A stretch of 32,000 bases of DNA from NCBI GenBank assembly GCA_016699935.1, contig CP064992.1:750001-782000 (forward strand). The letters are read 5' to 3'. The notes beneath the pieces were generated by a model that was given only the letters and a program-made list of their open reading frames with translations, was not told the origin of the DNA and did no database searches. The position numbers and the translations under genes were made by a program. The DNA comes from Candidatus Saccharimonadota bacterium (lineage in GTDB: Bacteria; Patescibacteriota; Saccharimonadia; Saccharimonadales; UBA4665). Shown here piece after piece: positions 17,781 through 26,699 of the stretch (the stretch's first letter is position 1; each line of letters begins with the position of its first letter).

Positions 17781-18464
17781 ATGTGCGTTACCATGAGCAG
17801 TATGAACAGCATACGGGACGAACGGGGTTCGGTGATTACTCTGGTAAGCATTATTCTGCTGTGCTTATTTTTGGTCGGTGCCTTAGGGTTTGGCAGCTGG
17901 GCGTACATGGGTCGGCAAGACTATAAAAAGAATGTCGATGCCAAAATAAAGGTAGCAGTTGCGAAGAACACGAAAGAAGTGCAGCTCAAAGATGCAGCCG
18001 ATTTTGCCGAGGCTTCAAAGCAACCGCTCAAACCATACACTGGCCCTGAATCTTTCGGGAGCGTGAAGATTAATTATCCGAAAACATGGAGCGCTTATGT
18101 GGTAACGACCGCGGGCGGACAACCGCTCGATGCGTACTTTAACCCCGACTTTGTGCCATCAGCCAGTGACCAAAAATCGGTTTTTGCGCTGCGCGTCCAG
18201 ATTGTATCCAGCACCTATAGTCAGACGTTGACACAGTTTCAAGGCTTGCAGAAACAAGGGAAGGTAACCGTAGCGCCCTACGCGCTGCCCAAAACACCCA
18301 CCCAAGTCGGTGTGCGGATAGACGGCCAACTAACACCGACAAAGCAGGGCAGTATGGTGGTGCTACCGGTTCGGGATAAAACACTAAAATTGTGGATTGA
18401 ATCAAATCAGTTTGTGACCGATTTTAACAACATCATCTTGCCAAACGCTAGTTTTTCACCATAA
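17781..18464 (+). CDS. Hypothetical membrane-anchored extracytoplasmic protein
   Basis: Intact ORF with an N-terminal anchor (RGSVITLVSIILLCLFLVGALGF). The remainder is beta-rich and I recognised no motif. Confidence 0.6.
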   Translation: MCVTMSSMNSIRDERGSVITLVSIILLCLFLVGALGFGSWAYMGRQDYKKNVDAKIKVAVAKNTKEVQLKDAADFAEASKQPLKPYTGPESFGSVKINYPKTWSAYVVTTAGGQPLDAYFNPDFVPSASDQKSVFALRVQIVSSTYSQTLTQFQGLQKQGKVTVAPYALPKTPTQVGVRIDGQLTPTKQGSMVVLPVRDKTLKLWIESNQFVTDFNNIILPNASFSP

Positions 18465-18538
18465 TTTTCACAATATTCACGCACGGCTTGCTCGGCTATA
18501 CTGTATAGACGATATGGTAGCGTAACTGAGGGTAGTTA

Positions 18539-19267
18539 GTGCAGCGAGATCATCGAGCGAATGAGTTTAGTGAACAGGAGAAGCTTTTTGTAAGCTTAGC
18601 CGATGGCATGAACAACACCATGCTCCAGCTTGCGCTTCTGAGTGAGCAGGCCGGTACTGTACCACCGAAATCCCAGAACGTCCTCTGGCAAACGGTGCAC
18701 GATGTGAGTCGGGCGTCGCTACAACTCCTTGAGGGCTATACGCTCACCATGCGTCTGCAGGGTGGCACCGCCGAGCCAGAACTTGAGGCCGTGGCGGTGA
18801 CGAGCCTACTGTATGACACGCTTCATTTACTTGAGCCCTACGCGAAACAACTGCAGGTAAGTCTTGTGTTGGATGTGCCCGCAAAGTTGCAACCAGTTAT
18901 CACCGACAGGGCTATTCTGCAGTCAGCACTGCTGAGCCTTGGGCACGTTTTCATTACCGCTCACTCAGAAAGTGATGCTACGAATAAAACAGTCAAGATA
19001 GGTGCTCATATGAGCGGACATGGTATTGTTGCAGGATGGTACGGACAAAGTATCCAGCTAACAACTCAAGCGCTTCGGCGAGCCCGCCGGCTTGGTGGTT
19101 GGGCGCAGCAGCCATATGGTGAGCTTGTGAGTGGCCCAGCGACAGGGGTATTTATAGCCGATAGTTTGCTATCGACGGTATCCACTCGTTTACATGTGGC
19201 ACGGTATCATAATGCTTCTGGTCTAGCGGTGACGTTGCCAGCATGTCGGCAGTTGCAGCTGGTATAA
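18539..19267 (+). CDS. Degenerate histidine-kinase-like protein (DHp/HATPase-like, catalytic signatures missing)
   Basis: The H-box position reads FVSLADGMNNTMLQL, with no His. The N-box position reads DRAILQSALLSLGHVFITA, with no Asn. No DxGxG is present. A G2-like segment SGPATGVFIADSLL..GLAVTLP is retained. There are no TM segments. Confidence 0.5.
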   Translation: MQRDHRANEFSEQEKLFVSLADGMNNTMLQLALLSEQAGTVPPKSQNVLWQTVHDVSRASLQLLEGYTLTMRLQGGTAEPELEAVAVTSLLYDTLHLLEPYAKQLQVSLVLDVPAKLQPVITDRAILQSALLSLGHVFITAHSESDATNKTVKIGAHMSGHGIVAGWYGQSIQLTTQALRRARRLGGWAQQPYGELVSGPATGVFIADSLLSTVSTRLHVARYHNASGLAVTLPACRQLQLV

Positions 19268-19269
19268 TT

Positions 19270-19650
19270 ATGCACGTATTGCTTATAGAACCAGATGTTC
19301 TCCTCGCTAAAACGTACATGGCGGCTCTGCGTAAACAAGGTCACCGTATATCTCATTCGGTGACGGCTCAGCAAGCTATCGCTGCAGCTGATGCTCGGCA
19401 GCCAGATGTAGTGGTGCTTACGTTTGCTATAGCCCGGCACAATGGGGTTGAGTTTTTGTATGAGTTTAAAAGCTACACCGAATGGCGCGATGTTCCGGTT
19501 GTCTTACTCGTATCACAGCTCAATCACGATATGGCCCAGCGAGAAAGTTTACGCCACGAACTTGGTGTGCGAGAAGTGTTGATAGTGTCGCAGCTGACGC
19601 TAAAGAAGCTATGTGATGCAGTCGCGAATGTGGGGCGTCCAGCACTATGA
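19270..19650 (+). CDS. Pseudo-receiver domain protein (lacks the phospho-acceptor Asp and conserved Lys)
   Basis: The receiver-fold periodicity is present: MHVLLIEPD...PDVVVLTFAIARHNG...VPVVLLVSQ...EVLIVSQ. Thr occupies the position of the phosphorylated Asp. The gene starts 2 nt after the kinase-like gene and overlaps recO at ATGA 19647. Confidence 0.6.
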   Translation: MHVLLIEPDVLLAKTYMAALRKQGHRISHSVTAQQAIAAADARQPDVVVLTFAIARHNGVEFLYEFKSYTEWRDVPVVLLVSQLNHDMAQRESLRHELGVREVLIVSQLTLKKLCDAVANVGRPAL

Positions 19651-20339
19651 TCCAAAAAAAGACGGCTGCAATTATCCTGAAGCGCATTGATTACGGCGAA
19701 GCTGACCGTATATTGACTGTACTCACGCCGGACGTCGGCAAGCTCAGTCTGATTGCGAAGGGTGTGCGAAAAGTTAAAAGCAAGCTCGCGGGCGGTATAG
19801 AACTTTTGAGTACAAGCGAAATAAGCTACATTCCTGGACGAGGGAGCGTGAGCACGCTTGTGTCGTCGCGGTTAATTCGCTATTATGGGCAGATTATTCA
19901 AAACATTGACCGTACTATGCTTGCCTATGAACTGATTAAGCTTCTCGACAAGGTCACTGAGGATCAACCTGAAGCCAGTTATTACGAGTTGCTCGAACAA
20001 GCCTTTTGCGTCCTGGATGACAAAAACGTATCTGTTGACTTCATCCGGGCGTGGTTTAGTGCGCAGTTGCTTCGACTAGCTGGCCACACGCCAAACTTGC
20101 AGACCAGCGCGCAAGGGCAGAAGCTCAGTGTCTCTCAGCGCTATGATTTCGACTATGACAGTACGGCTTTTACGCCACGTGATGAGGGTACGTTTGGCGC
20201 GAATGAGATTAAGTACGTGCGCCTCCTTTTTAGCGCAAACCGCGCAGAAACGATAGCCTTAGTGCAGGGGGGCGACGAGCTCGCGCCATTTTGCGCCCCA
20301 CTTATTCAAACCCTCCGCCAACTCCACCTCCGAGTCTAA
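19647..20339 (+). CDS. recO: DNA repair protein RecO
   Basis: MIQKKTAAIILKRIDYGEADRILTVLTPDVGKLSLIAKGVRKVKSKLAGGIELLS is a typical RecO OB-fold N-terminus. The ORF is intact at 230 aa. Confidence 0.85.
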   Translation: MIQKKTAAIILKRIDYGEADRILTVLTPDVGKLSLIAKGVRKVKSKLAGGIELLSTSEISYIPGRGSVSTLVSSRLIRYYGQIIQNIDRTMLAYELIKLLDKVTEDQPEASYYELLEQAFCVLDDKNVSVDFIRAWFSAQLLRLAGHTPNLQTSAQGQKLSVSQRYDFDYDSTAFTPRDEGTFGANEIKYVRLLFSANRAETIALVQGGDELAPFCAPLIQTLRQLHLRV

Positions 20340-20390
20340 AATGCTGCTGCTTGCATCTGATAGCTCGTCTCGTTAAAGTGCATAGCATAT

Positions 20391-20975
20391 ATGAAAACAC
20401 AGGATTTGCGCTGTACTGCAGAAGAGGGTAATTTTCACCACCTTGATGTGCTGCGCGTAGCTGAAGACAGAGGAGCATTGTCGGTCGTTCGCAATCAAGT
20501 AGCCATTCCGTGCACTAAATATGCGCGTTTGCGAACGCTTCTTGGGCTTTTTGTTTGTGCTGGCGATGCGGCAGACTTGGAAGAGAGTGTCTTGACACCG
20601 GTGCCAATAACAAAAAGGGATTTTTTGCCGTGGCGGCTACTACCTGTAGCAGTGAGTGTTGGTAGGAGCTGTCTAAGTGGGGAGGTTAGGGACACCATAC
20701 CGGAAAGTATGACTAATTTCGTCCTTAGCCTACAGGAACCAAGGTTGTTCCTATCAAAGACACGAAAACAATGGTGTCTGCTGATTGGTGACACCTCTCG
20801 CCTCATTCAGCGAAATGCTGCGCGAACCACACATATCCTTTGCTGTCTTGCCGGGGTGGAGCCCGATAGCGTGACTACTGTCATAGAGGTTGCGCGAAGA
20901 GGAATGCACGTACGATTCTTGCCCTTTTTCCACCGCCCGATCTCGAGATGGGCGGCTCTGTCTATGTGGGCTTGA
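20391..20975 (+). CDS. Orphan 194-codon ORF of uncertain reality (alternative reading: a structured non-coding region)
   Basis: This is the longest open frame in the 700-nt recO-glyQS spacer. It has no SD and no recognisable domain, and it is Cys/Trp/Arg-rich. Three antisense ORFs of 72-103 aa overlap it, and the region carries several strong local and long-range complementarities. Confidence 0.3.
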   Translation: MKTQDLRCTAEEGNFHHLDVLRVAEDRGALSVVRNQVAIPCTKYARLRTLLGLFVCAGDAADLEESVLTPVPITKRDFLPWRLLPVAVSVGRSCLSGEVRDTIPESMTNFVLSLQEPRLFLSKTRKQWCLLIGDTSRLIQRNAARTTHILCCLAGVEPDSVTTVIEVARRGMHVRFLPFFHRPISRWAALSMWA

Positions 20976-21051
20976 CACCGAGCGTGAAAATCATAAACGA
21001 AATAAAATTGCCGGGTAGTTATCAACCGTAAAAAAAGCTATACTGACTCGT

Positions 21052-22540
21052 ATGAGTGATAAGGAAAATACTGCAATAAATGAGGTGAAATTGAAGATAT
21101 TGTGTCGCTGTGTAAGCGGCGCGGATTTATTTTTCCTGGTAGTGATGTTTACGGCGGTTTGGCGGGGACATGGGATTACGACCGTTTGCGGCACTGAAGC
21201 GCAATATTATGCAGCTGTAGGAAGATGTTTGTCGACGAGCGCGACGATATGTATGGCGCAGACGCGGCCATACTCATGAACCAAAAGTCTGGCAGGCCAG
21301 CGGCCATGTCGATACCTTCACCGACCCACTAGTGAATGCGGTAATTGTAAGGGGCCGTTTCCGCGCCGATCATCTTATAAGAGATTATGAAGCCAAACGC
21401 GATTCGCATGATGATATAGAGTCAAAAGTTGACGAGCATGGTCGTGATTACGAAAATAAAACGTGAAGAACCGAACTTTTCAAAGAGCTTATGGAGCGCG
21501 AGATGGGCCCAGATCCAATGACCGGACATTGATGATGAAGAAATTTTGGCAGGTATCCAATGTCCAACATGCGGTGAGCGTGAATTTGGTGAACCACGAC
21601 AGTTTAATATGATGTTTACTACTCATGTCGGGCCCGTTGAAGACGAGAAATCGATATTACCTGCGGCCGGAGACGGCGCAGGGGATTTTACAAATTTTAA
21701 GAATGGTCGATGTACCATTTACCCGGATGTGTTGTTTGGGATTGCCCAGCAGGGCAAGGTTCTGCAATGAAATTTCGCTGCGACTTTGTGTTCCGTAGCC
21801 GTGAATTTGAACAAATGGGGCCAGAATATTTTGTGCAGCCAGATAAATAATAGCGTTTGAGCAGTGGCGACAACAGTGGCATGCATATTTTGTAGCACTG
21901 GGGCTGCCGGCAGAGAGCATACATGAACTCTTGAAGTGCCAGAGGCGGACAGAGCTCACTACAGCAAGCGTACTGTTGATTTCGAGTTCGATTATCCCAT
22001 AGGCAAGGAAGAACTAGTGGCGGCCCGGGCATACCGTACCGATTCTCGACCCGATGAACATCCAGAATGCAGCCAAAAGAGTATGGAATATCGCCCGAAA
22101 GACGGGCGGCGCGGCGTACGTACCGCACGTAATTGAGCTAACAATTGGTGTGGAGCGCGCTGTCATGGCTGCACTGACTGCAGCTTACTGGAACGACACC
22201 GAAAACGACCGTTGTGCTACGTCTACCATATGATCTAGCACCGGTGAAGGTGGCGGTCTGCCCACTGGCTAAAACAATCCTGAACCCTGTGGAAAGCGCG
22301 CGATATATATGCCAAGCTCAAGAAGAAATCGGCGCAGTCTTATGGATAGACAGCGGTAACATCGGTAAAAACTACCGCAAAATGGACGTAGCTAGGGGTC
22401 CCTTATGTAGTAACAATGACTTTGATACTCTAGAAGGCGACACCAAAGACACCGTCACCGTCCGCCCCCGCGACACGACTGAACAACAACGCTCCAAAGT
22501 CATCAATCTCATAGCCCTACTAAGCAGCACACAGTCGACG
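21052..22540 (+). pseudogene. glyQS: Glycine--tRNA ligase (alpha2 GlyQS type), heavily frame-broken as sequenced; 3' end approximate
   Basis: Recognisable segments are scattered over all three frames. They include [145 protein letters not shown] and DTKDTVTVRPRDTTEQQR. I see at least 8 frame switches and apparent in-frame stops. Confidence 0.8.
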
Positions 22541-22554
22541 CTTCACGATAAACA

Positions 22555-23084
22555 GAAAACGGTTTATGCGCTTATTGATGCCTCAAATCTATGGGCTGTT
22601 CAAGGCAAAAGGCAAAACTATTTGATTTAGCGGAGTTAAAATCATTTCTTAAAACGGCACATGACGCAACGGACATAAAAGTGTATTACTCGATGTTTAT
22701 CCGGATCCGAGCACAAGAGAATATAGCGTTAGGCTGTGTATTTCGATTCTATGTTTATCTGAAAAGCCTTTGAAATTTATTGTTCGAAAAAAAAAGGCTT
22801 TAAAGCAGATCAAAGTTGCTACTGAGCGGGGTTTTGTGATTGAAGAAAAGGGTAATATGGATGTTGAAATGACCATTGATATGGTGAATCAAATCCATAG
22901 TTACGATGAAGCGGTACTATTTAGTGGTGACTCAGACTTTATATTTTGTGAGATTTATAAAAACAAGGGGGAAAAAGGTATACGTTTATTCATCGCGGAA
23001 TAATGTATCTACCGAACTACGCACTGGCGCCGATGACATACCGATGTACCTAGTATTGCTGATGATATATGGAGCATGTGCTGA
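22555..23084 (+). pseudogene. NYN-domain (LabA/DUF88-like, PIN-related) protein, frame-broken; boundaries approximate
   Basis: The segments are KTVYALIDASNLWAVQ, FDLAELKSFLKTAHDATDIKVYY, GNMDVEMTIDMVNQIHSYDEAVLFSGDSDF, KGKKVYVYSSRNNVSTELRTGADD and DVPSIADDIW. They lie in different frames, with at least 4 switches. Confidence 0.6.
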
Positions 23085-23102
23085 GGAGAGAGCTCATAAA
23101 AA

Positions 23103-23124
23103 CAACCCTCAGTGATGAGGGTTG
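23103..23124 (+). terminator. Hairpin downstream of the NYN gene (weak terminator candidate)
   Basis: caaccctca-gtga-tgagggttg forms a 9-bp perfect stem. It is followed by ctcttg, which is only a poor T-tract. Confidence 0.35.
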
Positions 23125-23266
23125 CTCTTGATGTAATTCCTCGACAGTTGAATGGTTTTCAACCATTGGATACATGAATTATAGCAGAAATTTATATAAC
23201 ATTCAAGCCATAAGAGTCAAGCTCACGCAAGCTGAAGAGAAGGCATTACAGATAGGGGTTAAACTT

Positions 23267-23692
23267 ATGATCATTTATTTCACAGATGGCAGTGCGGAGT
23301 CCGAACGAACCCGGGGCCTGGGGGTTTGCGGTGGTGAGCGAGGGGAAGCCGGTGGTGTTGGGGGCGAACCAAGCGGGAAGTGACTACCAATATCTGCATG
23401 GAGGGCTACGCGATACTATCGGCGTTAAAGCTACGCCGGTGGTCAGCCTTGCAAGATACATACCGATAGTGAATTCTGGATAAATGTCATTACCAAATGG
23501 GCTCCAGGCTGGGAAGCAAGTGGCTGGAAGAAAAAGGGCGGAGAGATAAAGAATCTCGACATTGTACGAGAAAATTTGTGTACTTTACAGAGAAGCCAGG
23601 CATAATCTGGGTACGTGGCCACGTTGGACAATGAAGGCAACGAACTCGCCGACTATTGGGTTAACCAAGTTCGCACCGGCGAGCGGGTATAA
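23267..23692 (+). pseudogene. rnhA: Ribonuclease HI, frame-broken (at least 3 switches)
   Basis: MIIYFTDGSA / VRSPNEPGAWGFAVVSEGKPVVLGANQAG / TNNICMEG / W..GWKASGWKKKGGEIKNLDIVRE / GYVATLDNEGNELADYW read as an RNase H fold across three frames. DGS, the E of MEG and NE.AD correspond to the catalytic D-E-D-D context. Confidence 0.7.
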
Positions 23693-23846
23693 TCGCGGCT
23701 GTTGATGCAACTGGTGCCGACGAATATAACCTGCCGCGCTTCCACGAAATCAGCCATGACTAATATTAGTTAAAATATAATATTGAAAAATGTTACGAAG
23801 ATGTGCTAATATACTAGCAGGTTACTAACTACCAGAAAATAAAAAA

Positions 23847-24153
23847 ATGCAACCAAAAGAATTTCTAAACCGTATCCTGCAAACGCAATTCCTGATGACT
23901 TTGCGCCAAGACCCCTTTCAAGTGCAACTGAGCCTGAACTTGCAGAAAATTTTTTCACGTGCTCTTTGCGCCGTTGTGGGAAGATGGTCTGACCCTGGTA
24001 GATATGTGGTGCTGTTTGCGTCAAGTTCCTACGCCTGATGGAACACTTCAGCCGCTCAGTTACACCGGGCCTGATGGGCAATTGGTAAAACCTACCTTCG
24101 AAATATGTCATGGGGGTTATTACTGTAGAGTAACGGGCAATCAAAAGGATTGA
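23847..24153 (+). CDS. Hypothetical ~100-aa protein; one frameshift in the T6 run 23950-23955
   Basis: ORF 23847-24038 and ORF 23959-24153 join as ..SLNLQKIF|HVLFAPLWEDGLTLVDMWCCLRQVPTPDGTLQPLSYTGPDGQLVKPTFEICHGGYYCRVTGNQKD if the run is shortened by one T. The gene sits in visibly AT-rich DNA. Confidence 0.4.
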
Positions 24154-24253
24154 GAGGGGAGTTGAACAAAATATTCAATGACTATAAAAAGAAATTATTG
24201 ATGCTTTACCAGACGTAACAAGCTATGGATCATTCTTAGAAAATCTTATAATA

Positions 24254-25300
24254 TATGATGAAGATGTGCAGATGGACCCGTGTTGAAGCGGTATTCAGGC
24301 TGCCCGGTTATTGGCGGAAGAGGCCGGTGTTGAGACGGCATTTCACCAGATGACGCTTAGCTTTATGCCAATGTGGCAGTCTATGCTTGACGGCGAGTGG
24401 CCCAGGAGAAATGTAAACGAGCCTAGGGAAAAAGACAAATTCTGGTGGATCACTAAGGTTCAGCAGGATCTTGCTATGCATGGTGTTCAAGAATTGAATC
24501 GCAGAATGAAAATGGCTATGGGGGCAGGTCAAGAAAACTTTTTCTCAAAGGCAAATAGCTCAGCTAGGGGGTTTTTAGAGGGCAAAGGTGCGGAGTTAGA
24601 CGTGGCTATACTGCTACTAGAGATGGTCAAGCAGGCGATGATTGAAAATCCAGAACTTGAGTTAACGGTTATTCCCGCACCTCCGCAATTTGAAAAGAGT
24701 GATTATAGAGAAATGGCCACAGACGAAGAGAAACCAAAAAACCCAAATGTAGATTTTCTGGTTATAAACTTAAGAACTCATCAGGTAGCAGGTGTGCAAG
24801 TAAAAAGTACTCGAGGGGGAAAAGAAGCTCAGTATGATACCCAAAGTGGCAGAGTAACTATACTGTACGGCGAAGACATCGCTCCGCCAGTGATGATAGG
24901 GGTGCCAAACTACAACCAGTTCACTCGCAGCGGTAAGCCTGTTATACATCAAAAACCACATTCATGGTACGGCAGGCTTTGTGTAGACATAATGCAGTCA
25001 CTACCAACTTATGGTATGGATGCCGCCCGAGTGTTTCCGTTTCGAATAGAACACCAAGGCTTCTCGCGTAGGGATGGTTCTAGTAGACCGCGCCTACCCG
25101 GAGAGCAGATCGAGTTAGCGGTTCATAAGGCCCAAATGAAATTGCTCGTTAGGGCTGTGCTTTCCCACGCAAATAGTATCATCGGTGCTGAATGGCCTTC
25201 TGAGAAAATCAAAGGACAATCTCAAGCACAAACATCATTACGCTCAGATAAAGTACAACCAGCAATACAAAGGATTCTTGCAGAGGTCGGCGCTGCTTAG
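24254..25300 (+). CDS. Hypothetical protein with a PD-(D/E)xK / Mrr-cat-like nuclease motif. Start uncertain (ATG 24254, or TTG 24311 as in the ORF track)
   Basis: The ORF is intact. The central segment reads GKGAELDVAILLLEMV ... NPNVDFLVINLRTHQVAGVQVKSTRGGK. This gives the order E ... hydrophobic-D ... QxK that is typical of restriction-endonuclease-fold cores. I recognised nothing else. Confidence 0.55.
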
Positions 25301-25569
25301 GCTGTAAAAACCGTTCAAGATACTTGTGGTACGATGACGGGGAGGGCTTCGGCTGAAATGCCTAGGGCGAAGGCGAGGCGGTCTAGCTGCTGGAATTTGC
25401 CATATTATATGGGCGTGCCATTTGTATGGTAAAGTCGGTAATAAACGGTCGAAATGGCGTACCTTGCCTTTAAACGTTTGAGCGGACGTAAGCTCATTTA
25501 TGTGGCATATGTACCAGCAGGGTGGTTCATGTGCCAGAATACGCTAAATTTTGCATAGTGAATAGACAC

Positions 25570-26160
25570 TTATAAACTAAATTTAAGGTAATAGAGAAAA
25601 GCAAAAAGCAGGGAGTAGAGTATCCATAAAAATGTGTCAGCCCCGCGAGAAAAACTGCGCTGCAAACCGTCACGTATAGACTTCTTCAGGGGTAAATCTA
25701 CGGCATTTATTCGTAGCCAGCCCCAGTTTATAAGGATGACTCCGAAGTAGCAGGCGATACAGTATATGCATAGTGAGCCGACAACAAAGATAGTTTGCGA
25801 AATGTACCAAGCGCCAAATGCCAAGAAAAAGAGTGAGAAAAACTGTGCGACTAGCCGTGCGTTTTTACTCAAACGGTCGGCTCCAAGCGCGGCCAACCCA
25901 AAACCAAGCATTACAGCAAAAAAAGCTACGCAGAGCAGTGAATTTGAAAAGCCAAAGACGGATGATTGCCATGCACCGAACACGCTGGAGCAACTAAATG
26001 AACCACTTAAGTCACACGCAAGCTGTTTGGGCGCAGCTAGTTGCTCGCCCCAGGTTATCCTTTCTATGGCTTGCATGAAAGATGCCGCACCGCCAATGAA
26101 CGAACCGAAAACTATTGCAAATAAATACGGTTTGAAAGGGCTTTGATTAGACTTTTTCAT
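25570..26160 (-). CDS. Vitamin K epoxide reductase (VKOR) family membrane oxidoreductase
   Basis: 196 aa with 4-5 TM helices. It has a loop Cys pair (CDLSGSFSC) and the membrane CxxC (SLCIYCIACY), as expected for bacterial VKOR homologues. Confidence 0.75.
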   Translation of the reverse strand: MKKSNQSPFKPYLFAIVFGSFIGGAASFMQAIERITWGEQLAAPKQLACDLSGSFSCSSVFGAWQSSVFGFSNSLLCVAFFAVMLGFGLAALGADRLSKNARLVAQFFSLFFLAFGAWYISQTIFVVGSLCIYCIACYFGVILINWGWLRINAVDLPLKKSIRDGLQRSFSRGADTFLWILYSLLFAFLYYLKFSL

Positions 26161-26229
26161 AACCTACTATAACGCCCGCGATTTTATATGTGCAATGATT
26201 TGGATTACACCTGAGGTATACTGAGTATT

Positions 26230-26699
26230 ATGAGACAGGCTGTTTTTGATTTTCTTAAGTCCCAGGGTATTAACTATAGGTTGCAGGAACATGAGGCGGT
26301 GTTTACGGTAGCGGAGAGTAGTGTGAAGCTGCCGGAGAAAGTGCCGGAAAACACTCTTAGTTACCGACGACAAAAAGCAGCACGTTTGGATGGTAGCGAT
26401 GCGGCCTACATCGGCTCGATATGAAGAGTCTTGCGCGGGCATGCAGTAAAAAAGATGCAATTTGTGCGACCAGAACGGGTCGAAGATCTGTGGGGGTTCG
26501 TCCGGGAAGCGTCAGTATCTTCGGTCTGCTTCACCCGGGAGCTCAAAACATCCAAGTTATCGTGGACGAATCGCTCATGCAGGAACCAGAACTCGGCTTC
26601 CACCCCAATGACAACACCGCCTCGGTATTTCTGAAGCCCGATGATGTCGTGAGAGTCATAACTATCACAAACCACGACTATCGTATACTAGCATTATGA
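26230..26699 (+). pseudogene. YbaK/ProX-type aminoacyl-tRNA editing domain protein, frame-broken (at least 3 switches)
   Basis: MRQAVFDFLKSQGINYRLQEHEAVFTVAESS.. / KTLLVTDDKKQHVWMVAM / LDMKSLARAC / KKMQFVRPERVEDLWGF / PGSVSIFGLLHPGAQNIQVIVDESLMQEPELGFHPNDNTASVFL fit a ProX/PrdX-like domain across frames. Confidence 0.65.

Noticed and set aside
20340-21051. T-box riboswitch, RNase P RNA, tmRNA or group II intron in the recO-glyQS spacer.
   Set aside because: I could not find the T-box 14-mer (AGGGTGGNACCGCG-like), a GGC specifier context, GAGGAAAGTCC (RNase P), a tRNA-like 3' end or tag ORF (tmRNA), or a GTGCG 5' end with a domain V-like helix. This needs covariance-model searches before any such call.
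25301-25569. 270-nt gap between convergent genes, with a 7-bp stem gccattt/aaatggc (25417-25423 with 25452-25458) and a ccatattatatgg palindrome (25399-25411).
   Set aside because: The structures are weak and lack U-tracts, and I recognised no motif. This is probably just a convergent intergenic region. It is worth including in an Rfam scan but not worth a call.
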